Below are positions 26,301 to 38,800 of a DNA stretch of 64,000 nucleotides, piece by piece; the stretch's first letter is position 1, and every line of letters begins with the position of its first letter. The notes under the pieces are model-generated. The model saw nothing but the letters and a program-made list of their open reading frames with translations, was not told the origin of the DNA and did not search any database. Position numbers and translations under genes: made by a program. The DNA is from Octopus sinensis (taxonomy: Eukaryota): positions 77,004,001 through 77,068,000 of the forward strand of contig NC_042997.1 in the NCBI RefSeq assembly GCF_006345805.1, read 5' to 3'.

Positions 26301-27140
26301 CGCCCTCTTAGTCCTGATCCTAAAGTCACTAACTACCAGTCTATGTTGTGGGGTGCATTCTTCGCCTGGGAAGGTTTTGGCATTTTTAAGCAGCCATCTT
26401 TCCCTTTTTCTGGCAAGGATGTAGTCGATTTGGCTAGTATGCCGGCCCGATCGGTAGGTGACCAGGTGGCTTGTTGGTTTCCTGAAGTTAGTGTTGCAGA
26501 CCATAAGACTATTCGCATCGCAGAACTCCAGCAGCCTGGTTCCCTCCTCGTTGCGGGAACCATAACCGTAGCCTCCATGTACGCCATGGAAGCCCCCAGC
26601 ATGTCGTCCAACATGCCCATTGAAATCACCAGCCACAAAGAGAAGGTCCCTGTCGTTCGTCGATGAGGTGGTCTGCAGTAGGGTGTCATAGAAACTATCT
26701 TTCTGTCCATCGGGTAGCCCTGGCTGAGGGGCATAGGCCGATATAATGGTTGCTAATCTATTATGAAGCACTATTCTAATCTTAAGTATTCTGTCACTTA
26801 CTCTGATTACCTCAATTACTCTATCTATCCATTTCTCAGCGATAAGTATACCCACGCCACCAACCCCGTCAGTGTTCCCTGCCCAGAAAATCTTGTACCT
26901 GTGTTCCTTGCCTGTGAGGACCCTAGCAGATCCTCCTCTCCACCTTATTTCTTGCATACAACATACATCAGCACGTCTCCGTTCAAGCATCTCGACTATC
27001 TCGCCAGACCTGCCTTTCAATGTGCCAACGTTGAGGGTGCCTACCCTGAGGGTGTGGGAGGTGTGGGCCTCTGAGACCCTGGGATGAGGGGCCGCAGTGT
27101 TCTGTACCTGAAAAGAAAGCTTGCATTTGCCAGATATCAT
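23381..27140 (-). mobile_element. Near full-length RTE LINE with modular 3' UTR and (GAT)n tail
   Basis: APE endonuclease (GTLNVGTL, CMQEIRW, AYAPQ, AGDFNGHVG, SQIDYIL, PQHRLVV), RT (YADD), PHD finger and RTE C-terminus. Confidence 0.97.
24044..27140 (-). pseudogene. RTE single ORF (APE-RT-PHD) broken by two frameshifts
   Basis: ORFs 25767..27140, 24415..25686 and 24044..24460 are contiguous parts of one protein; lesions near 25775 and 24421. Confidence 0.93.
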
Positions 27141-27244
27141 ACTGAGACTCTAGACTACAACCTGCATAAATTTCAAAGTTTTTGCGCTATATGATCACAA
27201 TAAACCCTACATAGGGGTGCGGGGGGGGGGTCAAGAAAGATAGA

Positions 27245-27290
27245 AAACGGAAACTTCCGGTTCTGGTAATAGGGTGGGAGGGCGGGGTCA
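27245..27290 (-). promoter_or_regulatory. Promoter-like cassette upstream of the RTE ORF (ETS CCGGAAGT, GC box, G4 motif)
   Basis: acttccgg at 27253-27260 and GGGTGGGAGGGCGGGG at 27272-27287; function is inferred only. Confidence 0.35.
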
Positions 27291-27295
27291 CCTCC

Positions 27296-30200
27296 AAGGA
27301 ACAACAGGTTTTAAGTTAATACGTAGGGAATTTTCTGCGACAGAAATTACTGAACATCTAGAAACTTCGGGGTTCGATTAAAACATAATATAAATAGGAG
27401 AGAGAGAGAATATTGTAGTGAATTCTGGGGATGGAATAACAACGGGATGACACTGAAATTAAAGGAGGAATTTAAAATGCATGACAGACAGGAAGCCATG
27501 CATACAAGATGGCGAAACAAATAATAGAGAAACGGGATTTAGGGTTACGAATCAACGCTTAAAAAATGAATATGAATGACAGGTTGTAAGTTAAATTCGC
27601 TTAGCTGGTCATTTTTCGAGTCAATGTTTTGTCAGCAAGATGTAGAATCGAGAAGAGGGACGAGATAAATCGAACACTGCTTTATAAAGAGTTAGGGATG
27701 GGGGGGGGGGGGATTATCAGGTAGAAGCATGAGGAAAGAGAGAGGGGGGAAGGAAGAGAGAGAGAGAGCTAAGGGACGACAGGTTTAATTCGTAAGGAAT
27801 TTTCTGCAACAGAAATTACTGAACATCTAGAAACTTCGGGGTTCGAGAAGAATGTAATATAAATAAGAGAGAGAGAAAATATTTCGTAGGGAATTTAGGG
27901 TATCTTTGGGGAAAGGAATAACGACGAAGGAACAACAGGTTTTAAGTTAATACGTAGGGAATTTTCTGCGACAGAAATTACTGAACATCTAGAAACTTCG
28001 GGGTTCGATTAAAACATAATATAAATAGGAGAGAGAGAGAATATTGTAGTGAATTCTGGGGATGGAATAACAACGGGATGACACTGAAATTAAAGGAGGA
28101 ATTTAAAATGCATGACAGACAGGAAGCCATGCATACAAGATGGCGAAACAAATAATAGAGAAACGGGATTTAGGGTTACGAATCAACGCTTAAAAAATGA
28201 ATATGAATGACAGGTTGTAAGTTAAATTCGCTTAGCTGGTCATTTTTCGAGTCAATGTTTTGTCAGCAAGATGTAGAATCGAGAAGAGGGACGAGATAAA
28301 TCGAACACTGCTTTATAAAGAGTTAGGGATTGGGGGGGGGGGATTATCAGGTAGAAGCATGAGGAAAGAGAGAGGGGGGAAGGAAGAGAGAGAGAGAGCT
28401 AAGGGACGACAGGTTTAATTCGTAAGGAATTTTCTGCAACAGAAATTACTGAACATCTAGAAACTTCGGGGTTCGAGAAGAATGTAATATAAATAAGAGA
28501 GAGAGAAAATATTTCGTAGGGAATTTAGGGTATCTTTGGGGAAAGGAATAACGACGAAGGAACAACAGGTTTTAAGTTAATACGTAGGGAATTTTCTGCG
28601 ACAGAAATTACTGAACATCTAGAAACTTCGGGGTTCGAGAAGAATGTAATATAAATAAGAGAGAGAGAAAATATTTCGTAGGGAATTTAGGGTATCTTTG
28701 GGGAAAGGAATAACGACGAAGGAACAACAGGTTTTAAGTTAATACGTAGGGAATTTTCTGCGACAGAAATTACTGAACATCTAGAAACTTCGGGGTTCGA
28801 GAAGAATGTAATATAAATAAGAGAGAGAGAAAATATTTCGTAGGGAATTTAGGGTATCTTTGGGGAAAGGAATAACGACGAAGGAACAACAGGTTTTAAG
28901 TTAATACGTAGGGAATTTTCTGCGACAGAAATTACTGAACATCTAGAAACTTCGGGGTTCGAGAAGAATGTAATATAAATAAGAGAGAGAGAAAATATTT
29001 CGTAGGGAATTTAGGGTATCTTTGGGGAAAGGAATAACGACGAAGGAACAACAGGTTTTAAGTTAATACGTAGGGAATTTTCTGCGACAGAAATTACTGA
29101 ACATCTAGAAACTTCGGGGTTCGAGAAGAATGTAATATAAATAAGAGAGAGAGAAAATATTTCGTAGGGAATTTAGGGTAACTTTGGGGAAAGGAATAAC
29201 GACGAAGGAACAACAGGTTTTAAGTTAATACGTAGGGAATTTTCTGCAACAGAAATTACTGAACATCTAGAAACTTCGGGGTTCGAGAAGAATGTAATAT
29301 AAATAAGAGAGAGAGAAAATATTTCGTAGGGAATTTAGGGTATCTTTGGGGAAAGGAATAACGACGAAGGAACAACAGGTTTTAAGTTAATACGTAGGGA
29401 ATTTTCTGCGACAGAAATTACTGAACATCTAGAAACTTCGGGGTTCGAGAAGAATGTAATATAAATAAGAGAGAGAGAAAATATTTGGTAGGGAATTTAG
29501 GGTATCTTTGGGGAAAGGAATAACGACGAAGGAACAACAGGTTTAATTCGTAAGGATTTTCTGCAACAGAAATTACTGAACATCTAGAAACTTCGGGGTT
29601 CGAGAAGAATGTAATATAAATAAGAGAGAGAGAAAATATTTCGTAGGGAATTTAGGGTATCTTTGGGGAAAGGAATAACGACGAAGGAACAACAGGTTTT
29701 AAGTTAATACGTAGGAATTTTCTGCGACAGAAATTACTGAACATCTAGAAACTTCGGGGTTCGATTAAAACATAATATAAATAGGAGAGAGAGAGAATAT
29801 TGTAGTGAATTCTGGGGATGGAATAACAACGGGATGACACTGAAATTAAAGGAGGAATTTAAAATGCATGACAGACAGGAAGCCATGCATACAAGATGGC
29901 GAAACAAATAATAGAGAAACGGGATTTAGGGTTACGAATCAACGCTTAAAAAATGAATATGAATGACAGGTTGTAAGTTAAATTCGCTTAGCTGGTCATT
30001 TTTCGAGTCAATGTTTTGTCAGCAAGATGTAGAATCGAGAAGAGGGACGAGATAAATCGAACACTGCTTTATAAAGAGTTAGGGATTGGGGGGGGGGGTT
30101 ATCAGGTGGAAGCATGAGGAAAGAGAGAGGGGGGAAGGAAGAGAGAGAGAGAGCTAAGGGACGACAGGTTTAATTCGTAAGGAATTTTCTGCAACAGAAA

Positions 30201-32250
30201 TTACTGAACATCTAGAAACTTCGGGGTTCGAGAAGAATGTAATATAAATAAGAGAGAGAGAAAATATTCGTAGGGAATTTAGGGTATCTTTGGGGAAAGG
30301 AATAACGACGAAGGAACAACAGGTTTTAAGTTAATACGTAGGGAATTTTCTGCGACAGAAATTACTGAACATCTAGAAACTTCGGGGTTCGAGAAGAATG
30401 TAATATAAATAAGAGAGAGAGAAAATATTTCGTAGGGAATTTAGGGTATCTTTGGGGAAAGGAATAACGACGAAGGAACAACAGTTTTAAGTTAATACGT
30501 AGGGAATTTTCTGCGACAGAAATTACTGAACATCTAGAAACTTCGGGGTTCGAGAAGAATGTAATATAAATAAGAGAGAGAAAATATTTCGTAGGGAATT
30601 TAGGGTATCTTTGGGGAAAGGAATAACGACGAAGGAACAACAGGTTTTAAGTTAATACGTAGGGAATTTTCTGCGACAGAAATTACTGAACATCTAGAAA
30701 CTTCGGGGTTCGAGAAGAATGTAATATAATAAGAGAGAGAGAAAATATTTCGTAGGGAATTTAGGGTATCTTTGGGGAAAGGAATAACGACGAAGGAACA
30801 ACAGGTTTTAAGTTAATACGTAGGGAATTTTCTGCGACAGAAATACTGAACATCTAGAAACTTCGGGGTTCGAGAAGAATGTAATATAAATAAGAGAGAG
30901 AGAAAATATTTCGTAGGGAATTTAGGGTAACTTTGGGGAAAGGAATAACGACGAAGGAACAACAGGTTTTAAGTTAATACGTAGGGAATTTTCTGCAACA
31001 GAAATTACTGAACATCTAGAAACTTCGGGGTTCGAGAAGAATGTAATATAATAAGAGAGAGAGAAAATATTTCGTAGGGAATTTAGGGTATCTTTGGGGA
31101 AAGGAATAACGACGAAGGAACAACAGGTTTTAAGTTAATACGTAGGGAATTTTCTGCGACAGAATTACTGAACATCTAGAAACTTCGGGGTTCGAGAAGA
31201 ATGTAATATAAATAAGAGAGAGAGAAAATATTTGGTAGGGAATTTAGGGTATCTTTGGGGAAAGGAATAACGACGAAGGAACAACAGGTTTAATTCGTAA
31301 GGAATTTTCTGCAACAGAAATTACTGAACATCTAGAAACTTCGGGGTTCGAGAAGAATGTAATATAAATAAGAGAGAGAGAAAATATTTCGTAGGGAATT
31401 TAGGGTATCTTTGGGGAAAGGAATAACGACGAAGGAACAACAGGTTTTAAGTTAATACGTAGGGAATTTTCTGCGACAGAAATTACTGAACATCTAGAAA
31501 CTTCGGGGTTCGAGAAGAATGTAATATAAATAAGAGAGAGAGAAAATATTTCGTAGGGAATTTAGGGTATCTTTGGGGAAAGGAATAACGACGAAGGAAC
31601 AACAGGTTTAATTCGTAAGGAATTTTCTGCAACAGAAATTACTGAACATCTAGAAACTTCGGGGTTCGAGAAGAATGTAATATAAATAAGAGAGAGAGAA
31701 AATATTTCGTAGGGAATTTAGGGTATCTTTGGGGAAAGGAATAACGACGAAGGAACAACAGGTTTTAAGTTAATACGTAGGGAATTTTCTGCGACAGAAA
31801 TTACTGAACATCTAGTAACTTCGGGGTTCGAGAAGAATGTAATATAATAAGAGAGAGAGAAAATATTTCGTAGGGAATTTAGGGTATCTTTGGGGAAAGG
31901 AATAACGACGAAGGAACAACAGGTTTTAAGTTAATACGTAGGGAATTTTCTGCGACAGAAATTACTGAACATCTAGTAACTTCGGGGTTCGAGAAGAATG
32001 TAATATAAATAAGAGAGAGAGAAAATATTTCGTAGGGAATTTAGGGTATCTTTGGGGAAAGGAATAACGACGAAGGAACAACAGGTTTTAAGTTAATACG
32101 TAGGGAATTTTCTGCGACAGAAATTACTGAACATCTAGAAACTTCGGGGTTCGATTAAAACATAATATAAATAGGAGAGAGAGAGAATATTGTAGTGAAT
32201 TCTGGGGATGGAATAACAACGGGATGACACTGAAATTAAAGGAGGAATTT

Positions 32251-32255
<5 letters not shown>
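27296..32255. repeat. Satellite array of 162 bp units with interspersed ~470 bp long units
   Basis: 25 copies of the core catctagaaacttcggggttcga; period 162 (e.g. 28556, 28718, 28880). Confidence 0.98.
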
Positions 32256-32293
<38 letters not shown>

Positions 32294-32464
32294 AAATCTC
32301 CACATTGGTGCATAGTATTGCTTTGATATGTACTACTGCTAGTCCTACAGTAAGTGATAGTAGAGATTCAGTAACTTCAATTATTAAAAACCTGAGTCAT
32401 CAATGGTGATAACTAACCTCAAATAAATTTTTCTTTCTCAAAAATATTGGAGCTTATTCCACAT

Positions 32465-32640
32465 GGAGATAGAAGCCGTAAACATTCAGCACAATGGTTG
32501 GACAATGACGAGTCATCAAACACAGTCCAAAAAGCAAAATTCATCAAAAGAAGCTGGCACAGGTGTGATTCATTATGATTTCATTAAACCTGGCTCATCA
32601 ATCATAGCTGAAGTATACTGCAGCCAAATGGACAAAATTT
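32465..32640 (+). mobile_element. Mariner fragment of the same family as 21585-22985
   Basis: Near-identical reverse complement of about 22030-22190. Confidence 0.7.
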
Positions 32641-33224
32641 TTTAATAAAATGAAACCTCTTCTGATTTCTTGTGTATTTAACAATTAAGTAAATGTCAAG
32701 AAAGATATTGTTCACTATTTTAAGACATATACAGTCAACATGTATCATGCATCATTTATGGGGTTGGGGTACATCTAATACTTAAAATGAATTCTTCTCA
32801 TTCTATAAAATATCTGATCATTTAGTAATGCTTAATGAAGACATTTCATTTTCATTGTTTATTATTATTATTACTATTATTTAATATATTTTCATTGATA
32901 GAGGTATTTATGATTTGCTAAATTGAAAACATAAAATAAAAATATACTTAGCATATTTTTCCCATTAAACTCTCAATTGTCTTTTTAGTTTGAGCTTGTT
33001 TTTTTTTAAAGAATGGGACCAGCTCTGATTAGTTTTTAAAATTATTTTTGAAATCTTAAGCTGAGAGTTTATGTGGTGATTTAATATGAAATTTTCGACA
33101 AAAGTTTTGTTTTTTATGTGAAGAATTGAAAATCCATTAAGATGAATATACATAGATACATACATATATGCACTCATGCACATACACACATATTCATTTA
33201 TGTAGGCTTTGTTCAGTACTAAAT

Positions 33225-33510
33225 CACATTGGTGTCACATTAAAAGCATCCAGTACACTCTATATTGTTGTTGGACCGTGAAATCTGGCATAGCATGGTA
33301 AATTCCATTGTCTCGACCATGGTCAAACAATGATGATGATGATTGTTGTTGGTGTTAGGAAGGGCATCCAGCCATAGAAGCCATGCCAGAACAGACAATG
33401 GAGCATGGTGTGTGTGTATGTGTGTGTGTGTCCCCAGTCTTACCAGCTCCAGTCAAACTGTCCAGCCCATGCCAGCATGGAAAACGGACATTGAATGATG
33501 ATGATGATTG
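33225..33510 (+). mobile_element. RTE-tail fragments
   Basis: ttaggaagggcatccagccatagaag and cccatgccagcatggaaaacggacattgaatgatgatg. Confidence 0.7.
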
Positions 33511-33744
33511 CACCAGTGTAGTGCTGAGGTTAACTTAATCAGTAAAACCCTTTCCACTAAAGTTTGTGACCCTCTATCATTATTAGAAATCAGTGTTAAA
33601 AACCATATATTCTACAGTTTTGGTTAGCACCTAATTTAAGTTAGAGGAACATAAACAAACCTGCACCAGTTGTCAAGAGGTTATGGGAAACAAACACAGA
33701 TACAAAGACATACACACACACACACACACACAGATATGTATATA

Positions 33745-33905
33745 TATGATGGGCTTATTTCAGTTTCTATCTACCAAATCCACTCACAAGTGTATAGTCA
33801 GCCCAAAACTATAATAGAAGACACTTGCCCAGGGTGCCACACAGTGGGACTGAACTTGGAACCATGTGGTTGGGAAGTGAACTTCTTACTATACACCTGC
33901 ACCTA
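33745..33905 (-). mobile_element. tRNA-derived CORE-type SINE
   Basis: Minus strand ttcccaaccacatggttccaagttcagtcccactgtgtggcaccctgggcaagtgtcttc (B box, then CORE-like CCYTGGGCAAGT). Confidence 0.8.
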
Positions 33906-34406
33906 CACAACCATCTCTCTTTCTCTCCCTTTCTTCCTTCCAGCCAATATACACTAACATTGTGCTGCAAGATGACTATAGATGAAGTTAACAATTATCT
34001 TCTCTAGTAATTTGTTATTATCTAGACTATTATCTAGACATAAGGTCTACTTATGTTTGGAAATTAATTTAAAGACATCTTCATGTTTCCTTACTAAGCA
34101 AGATATTCATGTATATAAGTGATTGACATTCTCAATTTCATTTCATCTTTGGGTGTCATGTTTTGGCATTAATTGCCTGCTGCTTCTTAGACTCAGGTTT
34201 TTTGCCATTCATTTTTTTCTTTTCTCTTTCTGTCTTTTTTCACTCTACATTTTACTTATCATGCTGTTTCTATGATTGTCCTTCTTTCTGTCATTCATTT
34301 CCCCAACATGTACATTTTCATTTTTTTATATACATTTCTACCATCTGACAAAATTTATATTAATATATTTGTGAAATTATTTTTACTTGATTTTTTTCCT
34401 ATTCAG

Positions 34407-34464
34407 CATAGCTAACCAAAGTGTTTGGCAATTTATCAGTGGCACTGGCATTCTTAGACCAAAG
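34407..34464 (+). CDS. Candidate internal coding exon of an unidentified gene (IANQSVWQFISGTGILRPK)
   Basis: ttttttcctattcag acceptor, AAG/gtaagg donor, open frame; no homology recognised. Confidence 0.4.
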
Positions 34465-35859
34465 GTAAGGACTCACAATTTATTTAGTTCTTTTGAACAA
34501 TTGTAATATTTTTAGAAAAAAAAACCTTGATTTAGAAAAAAAGAAAAAGGAATTTAACTGCAGAAAGAGTACAGTGGGATCAGTTTCTATTTTTCATGAC
34601 TGTCATCATCATAATCATCATCATTCATATTTGTAATTAGTAATTAATATGATTTATCATTTAATGTGCCTGTATGAGCTTGTTAAGTAATTTGAGTCAA
34701 CAGTTTTTAGCTATTTTGTTAATTTTTCTCTTCAATGATGATTATTTCACAGCTAGGATTAGAATAAACCAAATTTTTTATTTGTTCCTTTCTTCAGTTA
34801 AAAATTTCAGTTGATATGATTGACATTTTATAGGAACTGTTTATTGTTTTTATTATTTAGAAAATGAAAGCTTTTGTATGCAATTACTTGATTTATTGAC
34901 AGCAAGGCAGTCTTATAGAAGTCCATAACTACTCACGCTGTTAATTTATTCCAGTGGAGTGATGTACCTAAAGTTTGTGGTCAGGAATCCTAATTCACTT
35001 TTTAGGTACCATTGACTACACAGTACTGAGCTCCCACATTTTTCTTATTGAGGCTTTTGCCTTAGTAAGATAATAGGATAATAGTGATCTAGTGATTTTC
35101 ATAAAAGGAAGAGGAAAGCATAGGAAAGAAAAATAACGACGTTGATGAAAAGTCATTTGCACTTTAGACGAGGGGTTATTCAACCTGCTCAAAATTGTTG
35201 CCAAATCTTCAAATTTGATGTTTACGTTTTAGTCAAGTGTGAAAGGCCCCAAGATCCTTTACAAGGCCTCTGAGACAAGTTAAAGGAAAGAGGTTATCTT
35301 CAGACCAAAGGTCTGGCCTGAATAAGTGCTAGGTGGTAGTATTAAACTGAGTAATGAATTTAGCTTCCAACACAAGTAAGCTATGGTGAGATTGCAAATT
35401 AAATGCAAATACCACAAGGTATCCTGTCCAACACTCCAATTGGTACTTTATCAACAATGGTTGAGAAGAGAATATGATGGTCATGGCTTGAATGTTTTCA
35501 ATATTTCTTTTTTTGTTTTATAGTTCAAATTGGGCTGACAATTCCTCCTTGAGCTCTGCTTATCTTCACTCTACTTATTTCTGTTTTATATTTACTCTCT
35601 ATTCTTTTCATACATAAATGTTTTAACTTTAGGACCTTGTAATTCTTTTTTAAATTATTACTCTTATAGAGAAAGTGATTTAGTGTAACCTTCTTTTGAA
35701 ATATTGTAGTAAAATGGCTTTTAGTGATACTCCAATAACCACATGTGTCATGACATAATACTTATATTCTTCCAAGAGCTACAAGTACCATATATGGTAC
35801 TCTGGGGCAGATTTGATTCCTTTACTTGTCTCTCAGTCTTCAAGCATTTGATTAGTATT

Positions 35860-38800
35860 GGTACACAGGTACAAGATTTTCTGGGCAGGGAACACTGACG
35901 GGATTGGGGGTGTGGGTATACTTCTCGCTGAAAAATGGGTAGATAAGGTAATAGAGGAAATCAGAGTAAGTGACAGAATACTTAAGATTAGATTAGTGCT
36001 TCATCATGGATTAGCAACCATTATATTGGCCTATGCCCCTCAGCCAGGGCTACCTGATGGACAGAAAGACCGATTCTATGACACCCTACTGCAGACTACC
36101 TCGTTGACGAACGACAGAGACCTTCTCTTTGTGGCTGGTGACTTCAATGGTCATGTTGGACGACATGCTGGGGGCTTCCATGGTGTACATGGAGGCTATG
36201 GTTATGGTTCCCGCAATGAGGAGGGAACCAGGCTTCTGGAGTTCTGCGATGCAAATGATCTTATGGTTTGCAACACTAACTTCAGGAAACCTACCAGCCA
36301 CCTAGTCACCTACCGATCGGGCCGACATACCACCCAAATTGACTACATCCTTGCCAGGAAAAGGGAAAGATGGCTACTTATAAATGCCAAAACCTTCCCA
36401 GGCGAAGAATGTACCCCACTACATAGACTGGTAGTTAGTGACTTTAGGATCAGGACAAAGAGGACGACCAGAAGATGACCAACATGGAGAAGAAGGATCT
36501 GGAAGCTTAAAGATCCTGCGAATGGACAGAGACTTAGGGACATATTATTTGAAGCCTTTGACAAAGTAAAAGGGGATATAGCTTCACATGGGATAGAAGA
36601 CAACTGGAGGTTTCTAAGGGACAACCTGCCTAGGGCCATCGACCAGCTTTCAGTAGAGAGGGGATGGTGCAAAGTCCCCTCTCGACCCAAAATAATGTGG
36701 TGGTGGAACAATGTTGTAGACAGAGCTATTAGAGAAAAGAGACAGGCTTGGAAGGACTGGAAGAATGGGGGTAGCAGGGAATTGTATCAGACTACCAAAA
36801 GAGAAGCTAGGAGACAAGTTTATTTAGCCAGAAGGGAAGCAGATAAGAAAAAATTTGCCAATGTTCTGCGCCGTGAGGACCAAAGACTTGAGGTATTCCA
36901 TGTTGCAAGACAGTGTGTGAGAGAGGATCGTGATGTGGTAGGAGAGAAATGTGTTCGCATGGATGATGGCTCACTTGCGCTGAAAGAGGATGCAAAGAGA
37001 GAGCTTTGGAGACACCTTTATGAGAGGCTGCTAAATAAGGAAAATGAATGGGATAAAGAGAGTCTGCCGAACGTTGACCCAACAGAGGGACCAGCTATCA
37101 GGGTTGATAGTTTCTTGGTAGCTAAGGCAATTAGAAGCATGAAGACAGGGAAAGCCCCAGACCCATCAGGAATTACTGCAGAGATGCTTAAAATATCTGG
37201 TAGTGTCGGCTATAGCCTAGTCACCCATATAGTTAATCAGGTGATACACGAAGGAGTCATACCCAATGACTGGTGTAGCAGCATAATAGTCAACTGCTAC
37301 AAAGGTAAAGGTGACGCTTTAGATACAAATAATTACAGAGGTATCAAGCTGTTGGATCAGGTAATGAAGGTTACGGAGAGGGTCATAGCCCAACTGATTC
37401 GGGAGAGAGTCAGCTTGGAAGAGATGCAGTTTGGTTTCGTGCCAGGGAAAAGCACCACTGATGCCATATTTCTGGTGAGACAGCTGCAGGAGAAATACCT
37501 AGCCAAAGATAAGCCCCTGTACCTGGCTTTCGTTGACATGGAGAAAGCCTTTACAGGGTCCCCCAATCCTTTATCTGGTGGTCAATGAGGAAACTAGAGA
37601 TAGATAAATGGTTAGTGAGAGATGTGCAAGCCATGTACAGAGACGCTGTAAGTAAGGTGAGGGTTGGCAACAAGTACACTAAAGAAATTCAGGGTAGAGG
37701 TTGGAGTCCACCAAGGTTCAGTCCTCAGCCCCCTTCTATTTATCATAGTCCTCCAGGCAATAACAGAGGAATTCAAGACAGGATACCCCTGCGAGCTCCT
37801 ATATGCTGATGACCTTGCTCTAATTGCTGAGTCACTATAAGAACTAGAAGCACAGTTTCAAGTGTGGAGACAAGGATTAGAATTGAAGGGCCTTAAAATC
37901 AACCTAGTTAAAACCAAAGTCCTAATATGTAGGAAGGTAGACAAGTCACAAACGCCTTCAGGTAGATGGCCCTGCTCGATCTGTAGAAAAGGCATAGGTA
38001 GAAACTCTATAAGATGCACCAAGTGTAAGCTATGGACACACAAGAAGTGCAGCAATGTCAAAGGAAGGCTAACTGGGAAGATAGTTTTTGTATGTAGCAG
38101 ATGCTCAGGAGCAATAAACACTGAAAATGCACAGAGACCAACTTCTGCCACATTCCATGGAGAAAAACTAGAAATAGTTGATAGCTTCCGTTATCTAGGT
38201 GACCAAGTCAGTAGCGGGGGCGGGTGTGCTGAAAGTGTAGCTGCTAGAATAAGGATAGATAGCCTGGGCAAAGTTCAGAGAGCTCTTACCTCTGCTGGTG
38301 ACTAAAGGCCTCTTGCTCAGAGTAAAAGGCAGACTGTATGCTGCATGTTTTTGGTAAGCTCACAAGAAATGAAGCCAGTATGCTCCGATGGATGTGTAAT
38401 GTCAGTGTTCATACTTGACAGAGTGTAAGTACCTTGAGAGAAAAGTTGGACCTAAGAAGCATCAGTTGTGGTGTGCAAGAGAGACGTTTGCGATGGTATG
38501 GTCATATAGCGAGAATGTATGAAGATAGTTGTGTGAAAAAGTGCCACACCCTAGCGGTTGAGGGAACCTGTGGAAGAGGTAGATCCAGGAAAACCTGGGT
38601 CAAGGTGGTGAAGCACAACCTTCGAACTTTAGGTCTCACCGAGGAAATGACCAGAGACCAAGACCTTTGGAAGTATGCTGTGCGTGGGAAAACCCGGCAG
38701 GACAAGTGAGACCATCACCTGTAGCCTCTACTTTGTACGTAGCCAGCCCACTTATGCATACCTTTCCTTCTTGTGACACAAACCCTACTTGTGAAGACCT

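Noticed and set aside
24341-26734. Multiple ORFs antisense to or overlapping the RTE ORF (and equivalents in other copies)
   Set aside because: Shadow frames of the LINE coding sequence, with no recognisable domains.
27340-27380. Hammerhead-like CTGAACA...GAAAC in every satellite unit
   Set aside because: C3-C8 mismatch, no viable stem II and no stem I pairing.
27296-32255. One TTAGGG per satellite unit as a telomere-related signal
   Set aside because: A single hexamer per 162 bp, never tandem; compatible with chance.
2850-35330. Several exon-like segments with in-frame TGA/TAA (about 2850-3110, 10719-10857, 16962-17115, 35236-35330) suggesting recoding or a pseudogene
   Set aside because: Stop density is close to that expected by chance in about 68% AT sequence and no homology was recognised; unsupported without a search.
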